From: Massalongia carnosa
Taxonomy: Eukaryota
Assembly: GCA_965645245.1 (NCBI GenBank)
Contig: OZ287069.1
Coordinates: forward strand, 3,162,001 to 3,226,000
Direction: 5' to 3'
Length of the DNA: 64,000 bases
The notes under the pieces are model-generated. The model searched no databases, was not told the DNA's origin, and was given only the letters and a program-made list of their open reading frames with translations. The first letter of the stretch is position 1. Each line of letters opens with the position of its first letter. Positions 1 through 12,504 of this stretch are shown here, in pieces. A program made the translations under genes and the position numbers.

Positions 1-1393
1 AATTATGGATGAAACAGGTTTCCTACAAGAAGGCCAAGTATACTGCCCAGTCCAAGATGAAAAAGAGAGTAATGTTCTTACAGGAAGTGTCGTGGTGACA
101 AGATCTCCCGCTTTACATCCGGGGGACATTCAGGTGGCGGACGCAGTTGAAGTACCAATAGACTCCCCATTAAGAGCTCTACACAACTGCTTAGTCTTTA
201 GCAGTAAAGGCGAACGTGATCTCCCGTCTCAACTCAGTGGGGGTGATCTAGATGGAGATTTATATAACATAATCTACCTCGATAGTCTCTATCCACGGAA
301 GCCAGCAGATCCTGCCGACTACCCTATTGCCCCCCCGCTTGACATTAGACGGGAGGTGGTCCGCGCGGACATGACGACCTTTTTTATATCCTTCATGGAG
401 AACGACCAGCTAGGTCGAATCGCAACGATGCATCAGACAGTTGCAGACCAGCAGGATCGGGGCACCTTCCATCCTGACTGTATCCTACTTGCCAGCCTGC
501 ACTCTGCAGCGGTGGACTTTTCCAAAACCGGAATTCCCGTGAGTCGTCTCTATTGGTGAAACGACATTCATTGCTAAGATAATGCATAGGTCGATTTATC
601 AAAAATGCCGCGCCATTCAAATGTCCGACCAGACTTTCAAGCACCGGGGCCCCGAGTCTTGATCGACGAAGAAATTACTCTGCAAGATGAGGATAAGGAT
701 GAGTTTGAGGACAAGGATGACATTGCCGAGACCTCGATGCCCAGAATCCGATACTATGCAAGCAAGAAAGTGCTCGGGAAACTGTACCGAGCGATCGACG
801 AGCAGCAGATCTTCGATCAAATTCAGCGGCAATCGAGAGCTCCTCGCGGCAGCTTGAGAGCCACCCAGAATGCCCTCGACGTGATCTGGAAGTATGTAGA
901 GAAAGCGACGGCATTAATTCAATGGCATCATTACGAGGAGTTTGCAAAAGACGTCAAGGAAGCGTAAGCTATGATATCTCCATGAAAACTCTACTATTCT
1001 TTGGCTGATCATAACGGTCACCCCTGCAGCTACGAAGAAAATCTCACGGACACGATGATTAACTACTCAACCAACCCTCCCAATTTCATCTCCGAAATCG
1101 AGGTCTTTTGCGGCAACATCCTCGGCAAAAACGGCGTTCAAAACAAGCGGCAGCGGGAATTTTCTGTCAGCATGAAAGACAAGCACGAGCGTGACGTCAA
1201 TTACACAGTGGCGTGTATTATGCAAGGCAACGAGAAAGACGGCCGCGTGGAGGCGCTGGAGCGCTCGATTGCGTGCTTGGCCATTGCGTGTCGCACGTCG
1301 CGCGTACGGAGAAAGGTAGGTACGCTGGTGAGCTTTGGGTGGATCGCGGCGGCGGTGTGTTTGAAAGAGGTGGAGAAGTTCCAAGGAATTTAA
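1..1393 (+). CDS. Cellular RNA-dependent RNA polymerase (RNAi RdRP, QDE-1/SAD-1/RRP family), 5'-truncated by the window edge
   Basis: Contains VVVTRSPALHPGDIQ and the catalytic LPSQLSGGDLDGD motif, plus LHSAAVDFSKTG. GT-AG introns at 539-589 and 964-1029 join three ORFs in frame; stop TAA at 1391-1393. Confidence 0.95.
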
Positions 1394-1919
1394 TAGGGAG
1401 TGTTTTCTGAACTTTTCCTTATCTTTTTCCTTCTATTTTCATTTCTTTATGATGTTCATCCATAGCGAGTGGGAAGGAGAATATTTAGTCCTCACCAGAT
1501 GAACTGGAGAAAGCAAACGGGATCGGTAGGTTCTCATCATGTCGACCACAATTCTCTTTGGAACGATCATGCCCATGTTTGACGAGACCACTTGGCATTA
1601 TGTACCTAAAGTCAATCCCCCGTGCCAAACTCCCTTTTTCTTTCCTTGCCCCAATAGGTAGTTGTCAGTCACAAGACCACAAACGATCACGAGCCGCTTT
1701 TCCCGAACCCTTATTCCACGTGACAACCCCCCCAGCTGATCGCTTTTAATCACCACCTCCCCCTACTTATCTTATCATCCACAACTGCAAAAACAACTCA
1801 TCGCAATCCCAAAATTCAACCACCTTACCCCGATCTCTTCCCCTCTCATCTTGTCCATCACCCTAGCTATTATCAAAACCGGCCTGAAACCCTCAGAATC
1901 CTTCAGAACTGCACGGAGG

Positions 1920-2218
1920 ATGGAAGACGCACGACTTGAAAACCATTCCTCGTGCCCGAAATGTGGCGCGGGCATTAGCGAGGGGAAAACGTGCGGAAGT
2001 TGTGGGAGTGTGAGTGCTTTTCTTGCTTCTGTCTTGGGTTCTGTTCTTTCATTGGTCTTTTTTTCCTTTCTACCTCCTTTCTTGCTTGCTTCACAGATCT
2101 CCTTCCCACACGAACCCCCGGCCAGCGCGTACTTCTCCGTAACTCATGATTTCCATCAAATTCAATGAGAAATAAGCTGATAGATTGCTGTTACCCTCTC
2201 TAGACATGCCCTAACTAA
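1920..2218 (+). CDS. 34-aa Cys-rich microprotein (double CxxC, zinc-ribbon/metallothionein-like): MEDARLENHSSCPKCGAGISEGKTCGSCGS|TCPN
   Basis: ATG at 1920, exon 1920-2009, donor GTGAGT at 2010, branch GCTGAT near 2176, pyrimidine tract and TAG acceptor at 2201-2203, exon 2204-2218 (ACA TGC CCT AAC TAA). C-rich leader upstream and G-rich trailer downstream. Confidence 0.7.
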
Positions 2219-4248
2219 TTAGCCGAGCCCTTGAGGGGGCTTAGGCTTCTTCGGCGGGAAAGGGAGTTGTGAAGTGGGGATATGGAGGAGCTGAGAGCAG
2301 TGGTGAAGGTTGGAGGTGGGAGGTGGGAGGACTGACTGGGAGGATAAAAGGATGGGTTTGCAAGGTGCCAGTGCTTTGGGATTTCTCTCTACGAGAGGGG
2401 GGGGGGTTATCATGCCGATATTGGCGATTTCTTGTTCTTATTTTTCCACAACGGGAGTAGCAGCAATTAGGCCTGTGTTGAGGAATATGAGGAGGGGGGG
2501 GAAGGGGAGGAGAGGGCGCTTTAGGTTCATTCTGACGAGCGGCGGGTTCAGTGAAGGCAGGATGGGGGGACCGGTTTTAATATTACGTACTGATTGGTCA
2601 ACTGATGAATGAAATGGAATAATTTTCTCTACTTGCTGCTGACCGATTCTTCCTTTTCTCATGTAGAATTTTTCGCTCTATCTCTCTCTCTATTGTACGC
2701 TTGGTTACCCTTCCCTTTCATTTCGATTCCGTTCTATAATATTTTATTTCTTTTCCTTTTACTTTTGTCTGCGATGAAAGTTTCTCGACTATATGAATGC
2801 ATGAAGAAGATTTTCCTTTTCCATTGCTCTTGCTCGCACTTCTTCTTTTCTGTTCTTCGTTCCTGCTAAGTTTTCTTTTATATAGACTTACTATTATTTC
2901 TCGGTTTTTGAATCATTTTATTTAATCTCTTTCTTCAAGTCTCTTCATTTCTCGCACCGCTTCTGGTTTTATATCGAGAATTCATTCAGTCCGTATCTAT
3001 CTCCTTTTAGAAAAACCCTAGAAGGGAAGTGTTATAATCTTGAGAATCAAGAACTAATAGTTGAGGAATTGAAAAATGAAAAATGAGAAAGATAAGAGAA
3101 GGTTATGAAAAAGGAGGAATTTTTAGGTGTGAGAGTGTTGAAAGAACGATCAGCGAGAAGAGAAAATGATCGGATTTTTCTTGAGAATCGAAAGTGTGAA
3201 AGAAACAGGAAGACGAAAGAGACGAGAAGTAGAATCTAATGTTGAAAGTGAAAGGGCGTTTGATAATGCCATCTCAGTTTTAGTCTAAGTAGTCGGACGA
3301 GCTCAGCTATGGTGTTAGTAACCAAGGTGTTGAATAAAAAATCAACCAGGCATACGGCAGCGGGATGCAGGAGAAGAGGGTCTAGGGCTATCAAGGATAG
3401 GCAAAGAGAAGTGCTTGGCAAACGTGATGCAGGTACTCCGTATTTCCAGTGAAGATACTCCAAATTTAGCTATCTGCTGAACTGAATATGAACGACTGAA
3501 TATCTAAATTACATGAGGAATCACCGTCTCTTTATACTGCTTGAGGGCCTCCATCTCGGCCTATATCAAATGCATGAACCTGCTTCCTTTGAACCTTTTC
3601 AGCTGGGCAAAATACACCTTATTGCTGACCGGAGACACCGAGACACTCAGTGATCATGAACAGCTAAATTGCGTCCGAAATGTAGCATTTTTGCTGCATA
3701 CCTTTGCCTCCTCGTAGTTGCCGAAGTCGTGCCGATATCTGAAGCTTTTCGCATATAGCATATGATTGCCTAATCTGGAAATTAGTAAGCAGGAGGCAAA
3801 AGAATCTCGGTCGCAAGTATTCAGGTATCTCGGCACATTCCAATACAAGGAAGTTACCGTATCGATCAACATTCAGGTACTCGGTACACTATTCTATAAT
3901 TTGAAAATTTCGACGTGAATTGATACCTTTCTCGCTGGATATATTATGTGATGAGACTGTCTGTTGAATATGCGACGGCATCACTTGTTTCAAGATATAT
4001 ACGACAACGTTAGTGCAGTTGGCTCCGATACTAAAGGCGGATGGACACTGCAAATCCGAAGATTGGTTTCATAACGGTGAAATACTACCAGCTTTGCTAG
4101 ATGATCATCTTCCCGTTGCGGGATGCAAAGCCATCTAAACACATGTTGATGCGGGGAAACTTCCCTGTCGTGTCGTTGTTTCTTTCTCTTCCGCGTCACT
4201 TCATTAATTCCTTAGAAAACTCGCAGCGAGGGAAGCCGGTTGATTGTT

Positions 4249-4961
4249 ATGCATTTTCTCTTCCTGTTTACTGTTCTGACCGTGACACTTGTCTTGGCTA
4301 TTCCTCAAGTCAAGATTGACTTGCCTGACCCAAACGACAGCGATACCGCAGCTACCGACAACCTGCTGGCATCAGCGTGGGCAACGCCAAATTCTTCAGA
4401 AAAATCTGGGACTTCCTCCAACAGGGATATTTCCATGAACTCAGATCAAGGTACCTTGGCAGAAAATGGCAAAACAGGTCAGCCTTTCGGTCCTCCCGAT
4501 TCGGGCAATATTGAAGGTAAGCCTGTCGATATGATATGGTTCGTTGCTGAGCAAACTAGCCTATTGCAATAATCATGGCTTCGGCAACAGGAATATCGTG
4601 CCACCAGAGATTCCACCACTGTGCCATAACGGAGGAGGGCCATTTTGCTGTTTCGGAAAACTAGACGCCATAGGAATAGTATCATGGTGCGTGCCATGTA
4701 TGTATAGCCCTTGGAAAATCCGAACAAGATACGTTATTCAGGCGAGAAAACGAAGGGTTTCTTTTAGCTGCTCACTCATGTGCGTAGATGCCTACGAAAA
4801 CTTAGTATGTTGGGCTGTGCGGGCGATATGTTGTGTAGGACTTACCGTAACCACATCTTTTTACTTTGTTTAATGCGTGTTTTCATGATTAAATGATGAC
4901 AATATTGACTTGACATATTCTCCAATTCTAGTACGAGAAGCAAGGCCACGGTTGTTATTGA
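4249..4961 (+). CDS. Secreted Cys-rich protein A (164 aa) with a hydrophobin-like 8-Cys C-terminal core
   Basis: Signal peptide MHFLFLFTVLTVTLVLA, then an acidic Ser/Asp/Asn spacer. Exons 4249-4516, 4560-4697, 4788-4846, 4932-4961 total 495 nt in frame. Core spacing C-x7-CC-x12-C-x9-C-x6-CC-x11-C, ending ...KQGHGCY*. Confidence 0.75.
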
Positions 4962-6397
4962 TCATTCAGTTTCATCGTTACTCTGGTCTTCTATATTTTG
5001 GAAAGGCAAACGTACGTTACCGACCCAACTCGAATCCCTCTGGAGGAGTAACTCCATTCTCCCACGGTCTTACCAACTTTCAGTCCGTTGAGGGAACCCT
5101 CATCATTTCTTCGGACAGCTAGTGGCGCAACGGATTAGAGTCCCACTGACTCAGGATAGCCATGCATGAGAAGACTTGTAGTGTGGCTGAGAAGCAGACT
5201 TCTATGCTTCCGGGCTACGAGGCTAGGCTACTGGTATAACGCGGCAGGAGTGGCCTCGAAGTGCTCTACAAATACACTCGTTGAGCAAGGCACAGACTTT
5301 AATATACCCCAAACCATGAACGACGGCGTTAGCCTTCAAACTCGCCCTCGTCCTCCTTCTAGCATCTATCTTTCTAAAAAACCCCCCACCAGCTCTTCCC
5401 GTTTCTTCCTCTTTTCCACCTCCTTTCATTATCTACTCCTCTATCCATACTGTACCAGAACCCCCTTTTGGACGAAAATCCCAAACCAACCAACCTCTCC
5501 TATCCCCCCTAAAACCTAGAAAAACCACCGGTCCCAACCCCTGGTTCATTCAATCAAGGCTGGGCTTTACCCGCGGAAGCTTAGATAGGTATGTAGTAGT
5601 ACCTCTCGAAGCTGGAAATCAGCTCTAGAGATTTGCTTTAGGGGTTGGTTAGCTGTTACATATCGCTGTGAATAGTTAAATGTGTCTAGTTAATTTTAAT
5701 CCTACCTTTTCACAATTCTCTTGGTAGATACAATAAGTGTAGGTCCTAAATACTAGGTCCTAATAGTCCGCTCTCCAAACGTTTTTCTTCTTCGCCCCCC
5801 TCCCCCCAAACTTGACTCCCTGATTATGAGTGAGTATTTGATTCGGGCGGTAGTCTACCCGTTTCGTTATAAATACTCTAGCGCTCCTGTCTTCGACCTG
5901 TCTATAGCTGTTTTTCTTTTTTCTTTTTCCTTTCGTTGAAGCTTTGTCCATGGGGTCTATGCCATCTCTGGAATCTTTGTGTCCGGTCTTTGGGATTATC
6001 TGTTATGGGTTGTAGTGTAGGTATGATGAAGGATGAGGATTCTTTATTTGCAAAGCTCAGGTTATATCTCTCTCACTGATAAATTGACAGCCCCCCTTCC
6101 ACCGATTATTTTGTTCTACGGTTCCACTGCCATCCCGGCCTGCCGACTTAGCCAAATTCCGAGCCGTTATGAGGATTCAGGGTTTTACATACACCCAGCC
6201 TCTTAGGCTCCTTTGTGAATTTCGATACACTCCTGTCTCGAAACTTATCATGAATAAAATTCTTGCAATGTTCCTTTGCCTGGGGCAAGTTCTTCCCTAA
6301 TTTCCCCGTCCATCACCCCATGGAATATATATAGGCCGTACCAACCAAGGTGGATTGTGTCAGAAGGTCAATATTCGTAGCGGCTGTGTCCTTTCGC

Positions 6398-7794
6398 CGA
6401 GATGCTTAGGAACAGTCCCCCCCTGTGTAAATCTTTGCTAGTAAACAGCCATTTCACTGTGCATCCAGGGTGCGTACAAGCTAGTAATGCAATTGCCAAC
6501 AGCACATTAAACTCTTTTCGGTTTAAATCGTATGACGTGTTATTGCTACTAATAATTATCCTGCTCGGTCTGATAAAGCATACACTCACCCTTACCCTCA
6601 CTTATCATTTGCCCTTGCCCTTGTCCTAACCCTTTGCCCTCCCTGAATCTCCCTTTCCACTTATGCTATAAGTAATTCGGCTAAGGCGAAAGGTAATGCC
6701 GGGACCGAGTGGAGGCAGGCCGCGAAACAGCCGACGAAGGCTGAAGGCCGTGGATAGCCGAAGGACCAAGTGGAGGCAGGCCGCGAACAGCCAACGAAGG
6801 CCGAAGGACAAAGGAGGATGATGTCCAAAATAGTTGGACAAACAAGGGAGAGAAAGGGCATAAATAGGTGGCCTTTTGGCACTCTTCTCCTCATCATCAC
6901 CATTGATTCGGAGTTCAGCACCAAAAGGTCTTTTGCCGACCCACCTACTCCCTGAATCAGCCGCATAGGTAGATGGAGTTTTTCCCATCACTGCTGCCAA
7001 AACAAAGCCATTATATGTTCAGCTGACACGATGGAGCCCGCGAATTACCCTCATATTATATATTTTACTACTCCTTATCGCGATGGAGTTCGATCCTACC
7101 TCTTTGGATGCACGGAAGCAACATGCCATTGCTCTTCTACCCCCCACCTTACCTCACATCATAGTAGGGACCCTGATCGAACAGATGCCCTAGATCAAGG
7201 AAAGAGTCTCCGTGCATCGTCAACCTAATATGGCCAAGCAGCGAGAATATTACGAATTCAAGGACTTCGTCTGTCGAGGAGCGATTATTGAAGCCTCGTC
7301 GGATTCGCTCGAAGATATTGACGATGTGCTTGTCAAACATAGTCAAAAAGCCCTACCTCAGGCAGCGCCGCCTTCATCTCTTTATAGTCTTAGTCAAAAA
7401 CGTGCGCGCCAGTCAAATTCTCCCTACTTCCTCTGCAACAATGCGAAGGTCTCGGGTTGTGGCGAAGAAATCAAAGGCTCAGTTGGAGTTGGAATCTCAG
7501 CAAAGAGTCGAGAAATTAGTCAAACAGGCTAGGGCTCAAGCGAGAAAGGAAACGGCGATGAGAAAGGTGACTAGAATCATGAAGCCTAGAAAAGATGATG
7601 TATCGCAAGTGACTGACGAGTTTTTGGAGTTGAAGTCATCGCAATAGGTAGATTTGTAGACGTTGAATACACTTAGTCAGTAACAGCAACATTATTAATA
7701 CATAGTGTAACTGCTAGCTTGTACGCACTCTGGATGAGTAGTAAAATGGCTGTTTACTAGTAAAGATTTACACAGAGGGGGGGTAAGCATCTCG
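6398..7794. mobile_element. Non-autonomous Mutator-like (MULE) DNA transposon, 1397 bp
   Basis: Imperfect TIRs of about 90 bp (CGAGATGCTTA...TGTGTAAATCTTT.CTAGTAAACAGCCATTT...GTGCGTACAAGCTAG) at 6398-~6485 and ~7712-7794. Perfect 9-bp TSD TCCTTTCGC at 6389-6397 and 7795-7803. No intact transposase ORF inside. Confidence 0.85.
6704..6807 (+). repeat. Two-copy ~44-bp direct repeat inside the MULE
   Basis: GACC(G/A)AGTGGAGGCAGGCCGCGAA(A)CAGCC(G/A)ACGAAGGC(T/C)GAAGG at ~6704 and ~6764. Confidence 0.8.
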
Positions 7795-9590
7795 TCCTTT
7801 CGCAAGATGAACGGGAGAAGTCCCCCGTCTAAAATATATACGAGATCGCCTTCTCGGGTCTCTCTAGGACAACCTCTAATGCTGTGATGCTTCGTCCTGG
7901 TGATCCGTTGATTAACGTGACTTGACTGAATTGATATTAAAGATGTAAAGTTGCTTGGTGTCATTGAATTACTTTCGCTTAATCATTTTTCGTAGTCTTT
8001 CGGCATCATCCTACGGTACTTCTTAGGGTCGTAATCGGTCATAATGTCTAGGAACAGCGTCCGCCACATATAATCACGAACGTCTTCAGCAGCTTCGTCA
8101 GCTGGAGCCAATATTGTGTCTACTACCGCTATTTCACTGCAGTGCTGGAGAATTTCCAGATAAAAGCTGCGGCTGTTCTCGGCATTAGGACGCATAGGAG
8201 TATCCCCAAAGAAGAAATCCGAAGAAGTTTTAGAGATGCTGTCAAAGTGGATTCCTTGAAATGATACCAGACCACTTCCATCATCAGGTGCTAGAGTGGC
8301 CCGTTTGTCCTTACGCGCAGAAAACATGCCTTGTAGCTGACTGATATCAGCCCCCAGTTTTAGGCCCGGTGTAGAGTTGTCATAATATGACCAGTCGGGT
8401 ACCCAAGAGGGTAGCTTCAACTTCTTGTGTGAGAGAAGTAGCTTGAGTCGGTGCCTCTAGTGATCCGGATTGTGAAATGATAGAACGAGCGGTACGTTCA
8501 TACGTGGCTTCAACGGATAATGAGTAGTCTGCGTCAAGTTGTAGAGTGCGGGTGAGGCCAAGGGTCTCATAGACTTTATCATGAAGATGCGATGCTTGGA
8601 GAAAGCGGAAATGATTTAAAGATCACGAGAGCGTGAGGTTTTCTGACCTATGGACTCGTTGACACAGCTCGAATTGCCGGTATTTCTGGAAGTACAACCG
8701 ACCCAATATATCAAACGCCTGTGTGTAACTCGCAAGCTTGAAGCCGCAGCAAACCGCGTGATTCCCACCTAGTTAACCACACCCGCCAAGTCATTCCATT
8801 CACAAGTCCCGTTGGTCGTAGCAAATCAGAGCCCGGTGCGCCAAAGCAGCCTCTTGAACCACTCAGATCCAATCCCACCACGGGTTTTGAATGATGATCT
8901 CGAGAGGGCGAAGAATGACGCTTAACTCGTTGTCATCCAGTAAGCTTCCATCTGAGCTGCGAATGGTAAAAGAGAGCTCGTGATGATGGTGCGGAAGAGT
9001 AAAGAGTGGTAATAACTCCATCGTCATGTCGCTTTCATTAGACTGAGGTCCAAACCATACTAATACATTTAAAGCTCGATAATATATTTCTCACATAAGT
9101 AGAAGCTGCTCATTTCGCTCTTTGATGTTACTCTGATCAATGCTAATTTGCGTCGATCTAGGGTGTCGTTGACGAACGGAGACCTTCAAGCGCACACTTG
9201 AGGTTTGTGGTAACGTGGAAAAGATTCTTGTTAATAGAGATTGGAGTGGTGATATTCTTGTCGCCCTAGACGTATTAAAGAGATTTAAATGTAGGACAGC
9301 TATCATGAGGCTTGATTAGTTGCTCGCAGATGATCTCATCTATAGCGTTGCCCAGCAACATCTGTACCAGCGGGAGCTTTCTTGTTTCCTTGCACTCTTA
9401 ACCATTTCGTCATCCCGTTTATTTCATTCTCATAAGATATCTTTGACGTTGGAGTATATGTTAGCGATGATGTCAATTGATGACTGTATATTGTCAAACA
9501 CATTATCCTCAGTTTACTGATAAAAATTCAACTGCAAAATAAATCAAAACTTTTATTCATCGTTGAGACGCCGTCAGAAATCTGTTGTTT

Positions 9591-9972
9591 ACACCTCTTT
9601 GCAAAATGGTTGGCCGAACTTTGAACTTTTAAAAAACAGGCCGCAAAAAAATTCGACGATCAACACTCCTTTTTAGCTCCTCTGTACCTCCTTTCGCAAC
9701 CCCTTTCACAGTTTCTTTGCACTTACATCAATATTGCTGATTAGACATGTTTATGTTTCATTCGCTCGAATTGCAAGTTGATAAGTTGAATAAATCATTA
9801 TTTATCTGATGTTTTTGATTATAATCATGATTGGGGTTGCAAAGAGGTTGCGAAAGGAGGTATGTAGGAGGAGGTACATAGGAAGTAAAAAGGAGCCTTG
9901 ATCGGTGAATTTTTTTTTGCGCCTGCCTTTTTAAAAGTTCAAAGTTCGGCTAGCCGTTTTGCAAAGAGGTGT
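9591..9972. mobile_element. MITE / foldback element (~380 bp) with long TIRs, possibly Tc1/mariner-derived
   Basis: ACACCTCTTTGCAAAA..GGCCGAACTTTGAACTTTTAAAAA... at 9591 is mirrored by ...TTTTAAAAGTTCAAAGTTCGGC..TTTTGCAAAGAGGTGT ending at 9972. About 120 bp of inverted similarity around an AT-rich core. TA on the left flank, TG on the right. Confidence 0.8.
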
Positions 9973-10380
9973 GATAAAGTCGACAAGTTAATCAATGACT
10001 GATTTAGCGATGGGACTGCCTAGCAATTAACATGTTGCAAATGGAAATATGCTGCAAATGAGGATGAATACGAGAAGGTAGATAGGCATTTCTGTTGAAT
10101 GGGATTACTGTATCTGGATACCTAACTACCTACGTAGTAGGTATTCGGATTCGAGGTAATAGGAAAGGAGAAGCGGGTATCTCTCGCCAGATAGGCTATG
10201 TGGCTATATAGGTTGATAGTAAATGCGGGTTTAGAAATGGTTTAGAGAACGAGGCATGAATTATAACCAGGCGTTGGAAACTATTTACCTACCTATTACA
10301 TATGCTCTCAATCGCCGCCAAGAAAACCAAGCCGCGCACGGTTAAGCAACCAAAGCGCAACGATCCCCCAATCCCGCCTT

Positions 10381-12263
10381 TCAAGGCACCCATCCATAGT
10401 TTGGCTTCGCCACGTCTAAACCGTTCCACACGGCCATGTCCGTACCGTGCTTGCGCACATAGGCCAGTTTCTGGATATATTGGAGAACGGCAAGCGGGAT
10501 GTTGTTGCTGCTCCGCAGCCTGTCGCCCACCACGTCGAGGGACAGGAAATATGCGGCCAGGCCGGCGACCATGGGCGCCGCGAACGAGGTTCCTTGGCGG
10601 AAGCCCGAAACTGCCCCTGGCGCCGAGTTGGCGCACTCCACGATACCCGGGGCGCTGACTCGGAGCGAGGGGCCTCCCATCGAAAATGGGAGGGTGGATC
10701 CATCGACGGGGGAAACGGCGCCCACGGTGATCAGGGAAGGGAACTGTGATGCCAGCAGCGCTGGCATCACGTTGATTTCCGAGAATGGCACCTCGCCATT
10801 TTCTACGTTGCCGGCGGCGACTATCACGACTATCTGATAATCCGTCAGCAATTGCCTGATTACGTCTGCGAGCTCTTGCTCGCTTTCCAAGTTAGAGTCC
10901 TTTTTCCAGCCCATTTGGCACGTGACAACAGTGTATCCAGCTATCATCTGCCCCAGACGTTTTCGCCTTGCGAGATCGTTGACGATCTTTTGAAATCCGT
11001 TGATAAGAGAACTTTTGATCGCGTTAACCTTTACGATAACTAAATGAGCCCGCTTAGCGACTCCAAACCGGGCTCCAGCGACCTTTGAGGCAGCGCATCC
11101 CCCGTGCCCGGGAAATTCCTTGCGGTCGGTTCTGGTCCGGCTAACACGCAAGCCATATATCCAGTCCGTGATGGCCTGATGGGTTGTGAACTCTGTATGA
11201 CCTGGCTCCGCGCCACTGTCAACAACATAGACGGTAATGCCTTGACCGGCCTCTGAAAAATAGTAATATCTGGGCGGGTCAAGGTAATCTGGAGCCCCGG
11301 TATACGGAGCCGACGACATGAAAGCCAAGTCATTATAAACTTGACGTTGGACTTCAACAGCGTCATGTCTCTGCAGGTGGCGGCCTTGTAACTCTAACAC
11401 GGAACGGATTGATTGATCTTGTGTTAAGAGAGGCGCAGTCGAAATTTCATTGAACTCCACAGGCGCATCAGGCACAATAGCCCGAACACCACCATCGGGT
11501 ATCATGGCTTCAAGCCGTTTGATTTGATTTTGCGTTAAACTTGCCGCATAGAATTTCGCTCCGTCATCACGGTCCCTAGAAGCCTCCCATCCTTCGGGCA
11601 GATGCATATCATCCAGGACTTCTTCAATGGCTAGGTTCAGGGCTATCCTGGCCGGATCTACAGTAAAGATGATCTGAGCAGTAGCAACCCCACATTCGGC
11701 CTAGGAGAGAGTGAGTAATAACAATATTTGACACGCTTGCACTGTTGAAGTGGATGTTCTTAAGGGTGACGAAGGATGTTACTGAATAGGATACCCACTT
11801 GGTCGGAATTGGGGTTTCTGTCGTTGCTGCATTGTTCAGTCGCCTCATTTGTTCCAGGTGTCAAAGCTGGCATTTGAACAGGAATTGAATCAGGGGTTCC
11901 AGTTACAAAGATATCTGTGGACGGGGTCGGCTGGGCTTCAGAGTCTTGGGAAAATTCCGAGAAGTCTGCACTCGGGTCGTCTTGAGTTGTCGTGGCGGGC
12001 TTCGATTGTTGGTCTCCTTCAGACACAGCGTTTGGGTCTGGTTTGACTAGGCCTGTGCTATCCAGCAGCCAGCCACCAAGAGCCCCAAGTACACCCAGCG
12101 TAGTAGCTCCAAAAGCACCAACGCCAGTCACCACGTCTCCAGCGCTCGGTAAAGGCCATACTGACTCGCCTTGACGCACAACCAAAGATGGAAACGCGGT
12201 GGCACAATCTAGAGAAAGGAACGACAGAAGAAAAAGGAAGACGAGGATGCGTTCGCTGAGCAT
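10381..12263 (-). CDS. Secreted subtilisin-like serine protease (S8), 594 aa
   Basis: Signal peptide MLSERILVFLFLLSFLSLDCATA. One intron at 11798-11701 joins the two ORFs in frame. Catalytic triad motifs VVDSG, GHGGCAAS and GTSFAAP; oxyanion motif AAGN. Confidence 0.92.
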
Positions 12264-12504
12264 AATGCCCGACGAGCTTTATTCTGAGAAGATGACATTG
12301 TGGGGTTGTCGTTTTCATTTCAATACTGAGGACCTGCTCTGCCGCGACCACGAGTTTATATTTTCGCTTACTTATGAGCCGTTAGTGGTACGAAACACTA
12401 TCTTCTCCGCCGTCATGCAGGTGATGTTGTTTCAGCTAACCTAATGAACATCGGACTGTTGTCATGACGAGCATTATTTTGCCTTTCTTCATCCCCCCAC
12501 AGCT

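Larger units (their letters stand above)
6248..9150 (-). pseudogene. HET-domain (HET-6-like, heterokaryon incompatibility) pseudogene interrupted by a TIR element
   Basis: Decayed motifs ISIDQSNIKERNEQLLLM*EIYYRALNVLVWFG, PWWDWI*VVQEAALA, LPSWVPDWS and REGDLVYILDGGLLPFILRK. Beyond the insertion it continues as TLVGTAY..HGVMDGE. Several stops and frameshifts. Confidence 0.85.

Noticed and set aside
1..1393. RdRP as an endogenous viral element
   Set aside because: The DLDGD motif and spliceosomal introns identify a cellular RNAi polymerase, not a viral GDD-type RdRP.
2600..3900. Pyrimidine-to-purine strand switch as a long inverted repeat or a gene
   Set aside because: No base-level complementarity found. 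It reads like a decayed coding or TE relic with many stops and no assignable family.
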